The notes under the pieces were generated by a model. It was not told where the DNA came from, did not search any database, and saw only the letters and a list, made by a program, of their open reading frames with translations. From an uncultured virus (IMG/VR IMGVR_UViG_3300006990_000013) (Duplodnaviria; Heunggongvirae; Uroviricota; Caudoviricetes), in the IMG/VR virus record IMGVR_UViG_3300006990_000013, positions 62,001 to 117,770 of that record: 55,770 nucleotides of DNA; one strand, written 5' to 3'. Positions 10,072 to 18,661 of this stretch are shown here, in pieces. The translations under genes and the position numbers were made by a program. The number at the start of each line of letters is the position of its first letter. Position 1 is the stretch's first letter.

Positions 10072-11178
10072 ATGAGTATCTCATATGATGCATGGGATCG
10101 TGAGTGGAAAGCCAATGAAGTCGCATACTACGGTCTACTTGATAAAGCAATGCAAAAACCATATGATGGTAGTGTTGAGTTTTTGGAACAGAACATTGAG
10201 ATGTTCACTGGACGTTACTATGCGGTAGGTGTTGCCAATGCAACTGATGCGTTATACTTTGCACTCGTGTCAAAAGGTATTGGACAGGGTGATGAAGTTA
10301 TTGTAACTAACTTCTCATGGATATCTTCTGGTACTTGCGTAACACGTTGTGGTGCAACGCCTGTGTTCTGTGACATCGATTTGGATACTTATCACCTATC
10401 TTTTGAATCTGTGAAACGTATGGTTTCTCCAAAAACCAAAGCACTGATCTGGACACATCTGTTTGGTTCAATGTCAGACACTCGTGAAGTTGAGGAATGG
10501 TGCAGAGACAAAGGTATTCTCTTTGTAGAAGATGCAGCGCAGTCTGTTGGTTCATCTTTGGATGGTCGTAAAGCAGGCAATATCGGTGACTGTAGTGTAT
10601 TCAGTTTCAATTCAAATAAAGTTATCGCAGGTATCGCAGGCGGTGGGATGTTCTTGACAAATGATAAAGATCAGGCAAATGCCGTTATGTCTCTACGTAG
10701 ACATGGTAAAGTCGGTGAGTCATTTGATACTGAACACGGTGTAAACTCCAAACTGTATGTACCAAACGCAGAGGTTATCGCCCATCGTCTTAAGTTCATG
10801 ACGGTATGGCAGAGTAAACGTCAAGAGATTGCAAAACTATATGACGCTGCATTCAAAAAGATGCCGATAGAAATACAGAAACAAAAACCTCGTTCTGTTC
10901 TCCAACACAACTACCACAAGTACGTTGTACGTTTTGAGGATCGGGAGACTCGTGACTTTATTAAGAAGTCTATAAAACAAACAGGGAAGTTCAAACCATC
11001 TGTTCACTACGGTTGTCCACTTTCAGATCATGGTTGTTTTGATAACATAAACTTTCGTAAAGATGACACGCCTAATTCCAAGACCGCATCACAGACGATA
11101 ATGTCACTACCTATCCATCCTTTCCTTACAGACGATGAGATAAATACCGTTATAGAATCAATCGTGGGAATATTATAG
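10072..11178 (+). CDS. DegT/DnrJ/EryC1/StrS PLP-dependent sugar aminotransferase
   Basis: ANATDAL, PVFCDID, HLFG, VEDAAQS, FSFNSNKVI (catalytic Lys), SLPIHP. Confidence 0.93.
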   Translation: MSISYDAWDREWKANEVAYYGLLDKAMQKPYDGSVEFLEQNIEMFTGRYYAVGVANATDALYFALVSKGIGQGDEVIVTNFSWISSGTCVTRCGATPVFCDIDLDTYHLSFESVKRMVSPKTKALIWTHLFGSMSDTREVEEWCRDKGILFVEDAAQSVGSSLDGRKAGNIGDCSVFSFNSNKVIAGIAGGGMFLTNDKDQANAVMSLRRHGKVGESFDTEHGVNSKLYVPNAEVIAHRLKFMTVWQSKRQEIAKLYDAAFKKMPIEIQKQKPRSVLQHNYHKYVVRFEDRETRDFIKKSIKQTGKFKPSVHYGCPLSDHGCFDNINFRKDDTPNSKTASQTIMSLPIHPFLTDDEINTVIESIVGIL

Positions 11179-11179
11179 T

Positions 11180-11992
11180 ATGAGTTCAGAAAAATTTGGA
11201 TTTGGTATCGACTTCTATTTGACAAAGTCGTGTAACAAATCTTGTCATTATTGTACTGCATGGACAACTGAGATGAGAAATCTCGACATTGACATGGAGT
11301 TCGCAGCCCCTCTTCTTAAATGGTTATCACCATACAAAGCAAGAATCAATCTTCTTGGTGGAGAACCTGCACTTACAAACAACTTAGATGAGATGATTGC
11401 AGAGATTAAGAAGTATCCTAATCTCACACCAGTTGTATTGTCTAACAGTTTGATCAGAAAATTTTACCCTCACATCTTAGAAGATCCAGCCGTCCACTAT
11501 GTGGAACATTTGGTATTGGACTTCTATGAAGATCGTATTGAGAAGTTGGGCAACTATGACTTCCTAGAGGAAAACGAAAATAATAATTACAATGTGATTA
11601 TCATGACTCCTAACTTCGAATTGTATAAGAAGAAACATGGACTCATGGAACTGCATCACAAGAATACCTTGTTTAAAGAGTATAACTCAAGATCGCCCAC
11701 TTACTCTACATTTGATCAGGAACCAGAGATGGTGAGACGTTTGTGTTCTCTCTTCCCTCGTGTTCCAGTAATTGATTTTGAAATGAAAAAAATCCGACAC
11801 TGTAGTAAAAAAGTTATCAACGGTTCTCGTCACTTTGATGTGACACAGGAGAACATTGATAAGATGATGAACTTCGATCTATTTGAATTCGAAAAGTACT
11901 GTCAAATGTGTACAGAGAAACTGTCTCGCAGAGGTAGTAAGATCGAAGCAGTGATGATGGATAAAATACTTGATAGGATGACAACAGCATAA
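11180..11992 (+). CDS. Radical SAM protein
   Basis: CNKSCHYC (CxxxCxxC), LLGGEP, C-terminal C...CxxC. Confidence 0.85.
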   Translation: MSSEKFGFGIDFYLTKSCNKSCHYCTAWTTEMRNLDIDMEFAAPLLKWLSPYKARINLLGGEPALTNNLDEMIAEIKKYPNLTPVVLSNSLIRKFYPHILEDPAVHYVEHLVLDFYEDRIEKLGNYDFLEENENNNYNVIIMTPNFELYKKKHGLMELHHKNTLFKEYNSRSPTYSTFDQEPEMVRRLCSLFPRVPVIDFEMKKIRHCSKKVINGSRHFDVTQENIDKMMNFDLFEFEKYCQMCTEKLSRRGSKIEAVMMDKILDRMTTA

Positions 11993-13590
11993 TGGCACAG
12001 ATCTTTGCCCAACCCCTAAACTTACATGATCATAACACATTCGACGGAAAGACACACATACAGTACGAGAGATACCCTGTATCATATCGTCGTAAACACT
12101 GTCACTGGCGGATAAAATATAACGAGAAGAATCCAGAACATCTCAGAATGTTGGATCAACAAATTCCTTTTCAAGACATGTATAATGAATTGTTTGATCA
12201 AAACGCTGACTCTGAAACTATCCTCGCAATGAACCACACACTGAATGGTCTGAAACTGTACGGTGCGGATAGGTTTATTGAGAAGTTCGATGAATTTGGT
12301 AAAGATACCATTGGGTTCAGACCAAAAAACTTGTGGGACTATCAGGCACAAGGTAATGTGTATTACACTGATCACCACCTCGCCCATGCAGCGCACACGT
12401 TCTTGTCTTCTGGTTACGAAGAGTCGGATATTTTTATCATCGATGGCGGTGGTAATATGTTCCGTTCTATCTTCGTTGACTCTAAAAAACAAGAAGTCGT
12501 TGATCTAAGTGATCATCTACCATTGGGTTGGTTGTGGAATGTCATGACAAAAATTGGAGACTTTGGTGTACTTCAAGAAGGTAAACTTATGGGACTCGTG
12601 GGGTACGGTAAGTTCGACATTCGTTGGTATGAGATATTCCATCTTATGTTTGAAGAGTTCTGGAATCAGTCAGGTAAGTATTGGCCAGATCATCCATACT
12701 TCGAATCCTTCATGAAGAATGATAGTTGGAAAGTTGACATGGCTCATACTCTACAACAGTTTACCTTAGACAAGATTGAAGAGATTGTATTACCATTGAA
12801 GACATCTAACAACCTATGTGTTGCAGGGGGTGTTGCATACAACGGTTATATGAATGAGATGTTAACCAAACACTGGGATAACGTTTATGTACCTTGTGCG
12901 CCTGGCGATGAGGGACAATCTATTGGTCTGTACATGCACGCTAACTATGTTCTCAATGGAGAGGTAGACATCCCACCAATTTATATGGGGGATGAGTATG
13001 AAGTCGATCCACAGATCTTTGAAGGTTTGTCTGCAGAAGAGATGGACTTTGATGACATCTGTTTAGTCGTTGCAAAAGAGATTGCGAATGGTGCAACAGT
13101 TGGTTGGCACCAAGGACGTGCGGAGAGTGGTAATCGTGCACTGGGTAATCGTAGTATTCTTGCAGATCCACGTGATGCTAGAATCAAAGACATTATCAAT
13201 GGACGTATCAAGATGCGTGAAGACTTCCGTCCGTTTGCACCTAGTGTTCTGGTTGAACATTATCAAGACTATTTTGATACAAACCAACCAAGTCCATTCA
13301 TGTCACGTATCATGCCTGTCAAGGAAGATAAGAAAGAGGTAATCCCTGGCGTCACTCACGTCGATGGAACCGCTCGTATCCAGACTGTTGATAAAGAGAC
13401 TAATGAGAGATACTACAAAGTTATCGATGCATTCTATAAAGAGACAGGTGTTCCTATGCTTGTTAACACCAGTTTCAATTGCCAAGAACCTGTGGTGGAG
13501 ACACCGAAGAATGCAGTGGATACATTCAAGAGAACAGGACTTGATATTCTTGTGGTGGGGAATTGGTTAGTTAGAAAATGGAAAAAATAA
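11992..13590 (+). CDS. Carbamoyltransferase (NodU/CmcH family)
   Basis: HHLAHA, IDGGG, EGKLMGL, AGGVAYN, GRAESGNRALGNRSILADP, REDFRPFAPS, HVDGTARIQTV, NTSFN. Confidence 0.95.
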   Translation: MAQIFAQPLNLHDHNTFDGKTHIQYERYPVSYRRKHCHWRIKYNEKNPEHLRMLDQQIPFQDMYNELFDQNADSETILAMNHTLNGLKLYGADRFIEKFDEFGKDTIGFRPKNLWDYQAQGNVYYTDHHLAHAAHTFLSSGYEESDIFIIDGGGNMFRSIFVDSKKQEVVDLSDHLPLGWLWNVMTKIGDFGVLQEGKLMGLVGYGKFDIRWYEIFHLMFEEFWNQSGKYWPDHPYFESFMKNDSWKVDMAHTLQQFTLDKIEEIVLPLKTSNNLCVAGGVAYNGYMNEMLTKHWDNVYVPCAPGDEGQSIGLYMHANYVLNGEVDIPPIYMGDEYEVDPQIFEGLSAEEMDFDDICLVVAKEIANGATVGWHQGRAESGNRALGNRSILADPRDARIKDIINGRIKMREDFRPFAPSVLVEHYQDYFDTNQPSPFMSRIMPVKEDKKEVIPGVTHVDGTARIQTVDKETNERYYKVIDAFYKETGVPMLVNTSFNCQEPVVETPKNAVDTFKRTGLDILVVGNWLVRKWKK

Positions 13591-14297
13591 ACTTATATAA
13601 TAACACCATAGATCTTGACTATATGCGAACGTTAGTCAAATTTGGAGAAAGGTTTCCAGATCGTCAAAGTGATATCTGGGACTCTGTTTCTGCAAATCAG
13701 TTTGTTTCTAAAAAAGAACTGTTGACAACCATACTAGAAAGTGGTATATTAACAGAGAAACTAACGGTAATAGTTATTGGATCTTGGTATGGATCTATCA
13801 TCGTTCCTGTAATTGCGCCTTTGGTGAAGAAAGTAGTCTTGTTTGATATTGACGAACAGACAACACATATGGCGTCAAACCTACACGATTATGATAACTG
13901 TGTTTACAGTACAGTGGACGTTACAAAATATAAGTCTGGAGAATTCGACACCGACAATCTGTTAATTATAAACACATCGTGTGAACATATGCAATCTATG
14001 TGTGATGTATTGGCACTTCAAAAATGCCCTTGGAATCACAAAAGAACGCACTTTGCGTTTCAATCAAATAACATGTACGGTATCGAAGGACATGTGAACT
14101 GTAAAGACACAATAGATGATTTTAAGAAAGAACTGCCACCTCGTCATCTAATTTTAAAACAACAAGGAATAACTGAAGAACGTGGCACCAGATATTTCTT
14201 ATTCGGCATGTTACCGCCCAATCAATCGATGAGATCAAATGGATCACGTCAGTTGAATTTGAGGCAGAGAACAGAGCAAGGGGTTAAAAGAAAATGA
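13578..14297 (+). CDS. Class I SAM-dependent methyltransferase-like protein
   Basis: VIGSWYG, FDID, IINTSCEHM, FQSNN motifs. Confidence 0.6.
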   Translation: MEKINLYNNTIDLDYMRTLVKFGERFPDRQSDIWDSVSANQFVSKKELLTTILESGILTEKLTVIVIGSWYGSIIVPVIAPLVKKVVLFDIDEQTTHMASNLHDYDNCVYSTVDVTKYKSGEFDTDNLLIINTSCEHMQSMCDVLALQKCPWNHKRTHFAFQSNNMYGIEGHVNCKDTIDDFKKELPPRHLILKQQGITEERGTRYFLFGMLPPNQSMRSNGSRQLNLRQRTEQGVKRK

Positions 14298-14830
14298 GTA
14301 ATTTAAAAGAACTTACGTGGGAACATCATGAGAAGGCTGAGACATCTCAGTTCGCAACAACACTGATGAGTGGTGATATTACACCAAAAGAGTATCAGGA
14401 GTATTTGTTCAATCAGATGGTTTGTTATGGTGCACTTGAAGGTGCGGTAGATCTACCAGAAGAATACAAACGTGTGTTTCGTGCAAACGCAATCTTCGAA
14501 GACATGCATGAACTGATGAAAGAATTCAATCTTCAACCGATTGAAACTGCACTAGAAACAACTGTAGAATACGTGAACTATATTGAGAGCATTAAGAATG
14601 ACAACCATCGTCTTCTTGCACACTTGTATGTACGTCATTTTGGTGACTTGCATGGTGGTCAGATGATCTCAAAGAAAGTGCCAGGCAGTGGTAAGTATTA
14701 TCAGTTCGAAGATAGATATGAACTAATCAAAGGGATGCGTACATTACTTGATGATTCGATGGCAGACGAAGCAAGAATTTGTTTTGATTTTGCATTTCGA
14801 TCTTTCGAGGAAATGAGCACAGATGAGTGA
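14294..14830 (+). CDS. hemO: Heme oxygenase (biliverdin-producing)
   Basis: LKELTWEHHEKAE (proximal His) and AHLYVRHFGDLHGGQMI distal helix. Confidence 0.92.
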   Translation: MSNLKELTWEHHEKAETSQFATTLMSGDITPKEYQEYLFNQMVCYGALEGAVDLPEEYKRVFRANAIFEDMHELMKEFNLQPIETALETTVEYVNYIESIKNDNHRLLAHLYVRHFGDLHGGQMISKKVPGSGKYYQFEDRYELIKGMRTLLDDSMADEARICFDFAFRSFEEMSTDE

Positions 14831-15503
14831 GCACGCTGATAAGTTAAAAGGATTCGCATTTTTTCTCGAAACACAATTCGATAAATACCTCAACCAATGG
14901 GATAATAAAAAACACTTCCAACACCTTCATGGGTGGCAAGATGATTTTTGGAATAGTGATCTCGTTGAAAAATGTCATCTTAAAACGATTGACTTGTTAG
15001 AAGAACGTAAACTATGGTTACTACATCTTAATATATTTCCACGGCCAGGCTGGGACATCCCTATCCTTGGTTGTGATATTGTTGCAGGCCCTAATAAGAT
15101 TAGTGGTGCGTTCTTTGATTTTTCTCCAGTTGTCCATGATGATCACGAAATGTGTAAACACTTCAATGATCAGACACAAAAGTTTACTTGGAAGAAACCA
15201 CGTGAACTGCCTCCTTGGGCAAAGGAGATCTTCAGTGACCACATGATGGCAATCGGAAACGTGCGTGGTGAGGAAACAGATAACTTCCTTCTTGCCATTT
15301 CCCAATTAATATGTTATTATCTAAAGAACATGGAAGATAAAGCAGTGCAGGTAGATTTCTCTACACGAGAGATCCTCAACAAGTATTGTATTAATCAGAA
15401 GAAGAATGATCAGTTGCACAACAGTATACGTGCAATGGGTATCAGTGACGAAGCAAAAGACTACTATGTAAACAACGTATTATTTGAAGAGATCAATGAC
15501 TAA
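14823..15503 (+). CDS. pcyX: Ferredoxin-dependent bilin reductase (PcyA/PcyX-like)
   Basis: LHLNIFP...PILGCDIVAG...AFFDFSP, RELPPWAKEIFS, YCINQKKN; directly downstream of heme oxygenase. Confidence 0.85.
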   Translation: MSEHADKLKGFAFFLETQFDKYLNQWDNKKHFQHLHGWQDDFWNSDLVEKCHLKTIDLLEERKLWLLHLNIFPRPGWDIPILGCDIVAGPNKISGAFFDFSPVVHDDHEMCKHFNDQTQKFTWKKPRELPPWAKEIFSDHMMAIGNVRGEETDNFLLAISQLICYYLKNMEDKAVQVDFSTREILNKYCINQKKNDQLHNSIRAMGISDEAKDYYVNNVLFEEIND

Positions 15504-16260
15504 AACTTTACTTACTCTTGGGGATAGTTGGACAGACAGTGAATATCCTGGCTATGCACCCAACGGTGTAGTAACTTGGGCTGAACAAGTAATAGAAAAT
15601 ATGGAAGGTTGGAAACTCGTCAACCTTGCAAAAGAAGCATCTGGTAATGAAAAAATTATGAAGATTGGTGTAGACTATCTTCGTGACAATACACCAGATG
15701 CAATCTGCGTGTTGTGGTCAGAACAACATAGAGAGGATTTCTACAATCGTCATAACTTGATGCCTATCTCTGCACTGTATAATAAATTGTGTGATCCGAA
15801 GACTACAGAGATATACAACGTTCAGGCGGTTTATGATTCTCTTGTGAATACAAACTTACACTTAAATGTGCCTAGAGAATATTTTAGAAACCTCTACATT
15901 CTTCAAAGTTTTGCAGACATGAAGGGTATACCGATATATCACGGACAGGGTACTAAGTTGTGGTCGAAATGGATCTACAATAAGATGGGCAAGAAAGTTG
16001 GAAACCGATTGTGGCGAGAATGGTTAACTGCATTCATAGAGTGTGAGTACTTTGAGATGTTTGATAAAGATCCCAAAAACTTTGTGGGATGGCCTATGCA
16101 AATTGGTATTACCAGTAAGGGGTTTTCTTTCACCGAAAGGTTTGATGGTAGACACAGAATATCTGGTGATGATCCACACCCTAATACAAAGGGACATGAA
16201 ATGATTGCTTATGAGTTCTTGAAGAAACTAAAGGCAAAGGAAACAATCGTCAATGCCTAA
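15496..16260 (+). CDS. SGNH/GDSL-hydrolase-like protein
   Basis: LGDSWT, NLAKEASGN, DPHPNTKGH. Confidence 0.7.
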   Translation: MTKTLLTLGDSWTDSEYPGYAPNGVVTWAEQVIENMEGWKLVNLAKEASGNEKIMKIGVDYLRDNTPDAICVLWSEQHREDFYNRHNLMPISALYNKLCDPKTTEIYNVQAVYDSLVNTNLHLNVPREYFRNLYILQSFADMKGIPIYHGQGTKLWSKWIYNKMGKKVGNRLWREWLTAFIECEYFEMFDKDPKNFVGWPMQIGITSKGFSFTERFDGRHRISGDDPHPNTKGHEMIAYEFLKKLKAKETIVNA

Positions 16261-17023
16261 ACTTCTTGCAGTAGGATGCAGTTGGACAGATCAGAACTAC
16301 AACACTCCAGTTAACGACGAACATGGTATAAAGACATGGCCGACACTTCTTGGTGAGTCCTTGGGGTACGAAACCATTAACATGGGCATATCTGGTTCTG
16401 GTAACAACAGTATTATGAAACAGGCAATCAATGGTATCCACAGAGAGAATCCCGATTTGATCTGTGTCTTGTGGTCGAACCAAGGCAGAATTGATCTATG
16501 GAACTTCGAACACCTCTTGCCATTCAATCTATTTTTTGGTAATATACAGAATATAGAAAGGTGGTCATCGTTAACTCAAAAGTTTGCGGCCACGATGGTA
16601 AGGAGACTTATACACGATGAGGAAGATTTAAATGTTATTGACGAGTTCTTTAGAAATATGTTTATTCTTAATGACATTGCAACTCATAGGAACATACCGA
16701 TATACTTTGGTACGGCTATAAAAATATGGCCTCACACTCATTATAAGGTTCAAAGCAAGAACGTTGATGAGGTTAAACGATATAAAAGATTCATGAAAGA
16801 GTGGATTAGAAACTCCTACTTTAATGAGTTCGATAAGAAAAAGTATAAAGAAAAATTTATCGGGTGGCCGTGGTTAGAAGAAGTGGGTGGTTTTACGATG
16901 GAAGAATTGTTGAAGGATAAAGATCGAAATCCGATACATCGTATCTCAGAAGAAGATAGTCACCCCAATACAAAAGGACATGAGGTAATCGCAAATGAGT
17001 TTCTTAAGAAGATTAAAATATAA
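16253..17023 (+). CDS. SGNH/GDSL-hydrolase-like protein (tandem paralog)
   Basis: VGCSWT, NMGISGSGN, DSHPNTKGH. Confidence 0.7.
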   Translation: MPKLLAVGCSWTDQNYNTPVNDEHGIKTWPTLLGESLGYETINMGISGSGNNSIMKQAINGIHRENPDLICVLWSNQGRIDLWNFEHLLPFNLFFGNIQNIERWSSLTQKFAATMVRRLIHDEEDLNVIDEFFRNMFILNDIATHRNIPIYFGTAIKIWPHTHYKVQSKNVDEVKRYKRFMKEWIRNSYFNEFDKKKYKEKFIGWPWLEEVGGFTMEELLKDKDRNPIHRISEEDSHPNTKGHEVIANEFLKKIKI

Positions 17024-17105
17024 AATCCGAATTTTTTTCGCAAGATGGGATAAAGATGAGGAACCAGAAACATTCATCTATGAAGAGGAAGATACAGGCA
17101 AATGA
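16995..17105 (+). CDS. Small protein, 36 aa (MSFLRRLKYKIRIFFARWDKDEEPETFIYEEEDTGK); not in the ORF track
   Basis: GAGG SD at 16982; fills the gap; its stop overlaps the gp33 ATG (ATGA). Confidence 0.55.
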   Translation: MSFLRRLKYKIRIFFARWDKDEEPETFIYEEEDTGK

Positions 17106-17356
17106 ATACAACTGTGGTGTCACTAACACCAGAAAAAATACATCACGCTATTGCAGAACAAATCGCAAGAGGCGTACCATACATTGACGCATTGATTACT
17201 TACGCAGAAAAGAACAATCTGGAAATAGAATCTGTGGCTGATGTGATTAAAAAGTCCTCTATTCTGAAGGAAAAGATTCGCAGAGAGGCAACTGAACTTA
17301 GAATGGTAAAGAAACCCGAAGAAGAACAGCTTGATGTAACAACATTATGTGATTGA
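17102..17356 (+). CDS. gp33: Late promoter transcription coactivator gp33
   Basis: YIDALITYAEKNNLEIESVA...LKEKIRREA pattern; upstream of gp59-gp32 as in T4. Confidence 0.85.
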   Translation: MNTTVVSLTPEKIHHAIAEQIARGVPYIDALITYAEKNNLEIESVADVIKKSSILKEKIRREATELRMVKKPEEEQLDVTTLCD

Positions 17357-18059
17357 TATGGCCAACTTGGAACCTCTAGGACTTCGATCATCAGAAGATC
17401 CTATTGAAAATATTAAAACAGTACTTGACAACTATGACCATATTGGTATATGGTTGAGTGGTGGTGCAGACTCAGCGTTGGGTTTGTATTTACTTCAGAT
17501 GTATAATACGAATACAACTATCTTGCCTTTGCATGGTATGGACATTCGTAGATGGAGAGATGGTCAAACAAAACTTTCTGAGGGTGCAACTGAAGACATC
17601 ATAAAGGTGATAAGGAAAAGACAACCAGAAAAGTCTCATCTACTTCACGATATGTATTGTTTTGATTATGAAAAAGAGGACTGGGAGACTAAGGCAAAAT
17701 ATCACCAACCAGTTGAAGATGGGTTACGTGCAGATGGGACAATACAAGTCGCACTTAATTTTGTGACAAAGAACCCTCCAATCCAACTCCATAATCAACA
17801 AGAACCACGTAGAGATAATAAGAAAGCAAAGGTTCGGAGACCTTTCGCTCGACGTGATAAAAAATGGGTTGCAAGTTTGTATGAAGAATATGACTTGATG
17901 AAAGACCTATTCCCACTAACTGTATCTTGCATTTCGCCATGGGATGAACCATGCAAACAATGTTTCTGGTGCAAGGAAAAGAAGTGGGCTTTTGGAATGT
18001 ATGATGGTGGAATTAAAAATGATCGAATTACCAAAATATATAAACGACGAGTCGTATAA
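17349..18059 (+). CDS. QueC-like PP-loop ATPase
   Basis: LSGGADS PP-loop; TVSC...PCKQCFWC Zn motif. Confidence 0.7.
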   Translation: MIDMANLEPLGLRSSEDPIENIKTVLDNYDHIGIWLSGGADSALGLYLLQMYNTNTTILPLHGMDIRRWRDGQTKLSEGATEDIIKVIRKRQPEKSHLLHDMYCFDYEKEDWETKAKYHQPVEDGLRADGTIQVALNFVTKNPPIQLHNQQEPRRDNKKAKVRRPFARRDKKWVASLYEEYDLMKDLFPLTVSCISPWDEPCKQCFWCKEKKWAFGMYDGGIKNDRITKIYKRRVV

Positions 18060-18615
18060 GGTATACGTAACATACCTTGCAATGAAGAGACATTTCACTT
18101 CACCAAAGTACGATTATCATAAATATAATGGTAGAGTAAGTGCATCGTTTGACTCTTTTAAGAAGCGAACGGATGCATATTATTTTGCAAAACTGTCAAA
18201 GAATGATGACTATGAGAACGTCCTTCTCGCACACATGATCAAGAATCCAAACACTTGGATACGAGACGTTGTCGAGGATGACTACATTTACTTTGACTGG
18301 AAGAAAAAGATAGATGCGCTTGGCTATACCTTCAAGTCTGAACTCAAAAATTTAGACGACGACTGGAAGACAAATTTCATATCGCATGGTGGACAACACC
18401 CTTTGATTTTGACGTTGCGTTTGCAACAGAAGATCTCCTTGGAGACGTTTACCATATTGACCCATGTCGCAAATATTTTTGATTATTGGGAGCAGAATTT
18501 GCTTGACAAATACGTGGCTTCTGATATAATACAACAATCAAGAAAGTACTTTCCCTTCTTGATGTTGGATGTGAAACGATTCAAGACTATGGTCAAGGAT
18601 CACTTTGACATATAA
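18019..18615 (+). CDS. gp59: Helicase loader gp59
   Basis: YLAMKRHFTSPKYDYHKYNG, KRTDAYYFAKL, HPLI, ISLETF; lies before gp32. Confidence 0.9.
   Translation: MIELPKYINDESYKVYVTYLAMKRHFTSPKYDYHKYNGRVSASFDSFKKRTDAYYFAKLSKNDDYENVLLAHMIKNPNTWIRDVVEDDYIYFDWKKKIDALGYTFKSELKNLDDDWKTNFISHGGQHPLILTLRLQQKISLETFTILTHVANIFDYWEQNLLDKYVASDIIQQSRKYFPFLMLDVKRFKTMVKDHFDI
18503..18530 (+). promoter_or_regulatory. Sigma70-type promoter inside gp59, directed at gp32
   Basis: TTGACA (18503), 16 nt spacer, TGnTATAAT (extended -10; TATAAT at 18525). Confidence 0.7.
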
Positions 18616-18661
18616 CACAACGCAAATACAACGTAATACAACGCTATAAAGGAGAATAATT
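18616..18661 (+). promoter_or_regulatory. gp32 leader with three ACAACG repeats and an SD; likely translational autoregulatory operator
   Basis: ACAACG at 18617, 18628 and 18638, then AGGAG at 18650; A/C-rich and apparently unstructured. Confidence 0.55.

Noticed and set aside
14200..14297. Possible frameshift at the odd-looking methyltransferase C-terminus
   Set aside because: An alternative frame is open briefly, but there is no slippery site or start, and the annotated stop couples neatly to hemO
14294..15503. Reading ho1-pcyA as proof of a cyanophage
   Set aside because: ALA synthase and the absence of photosynthesis genes in the window argue for an alphaproteobacterial host
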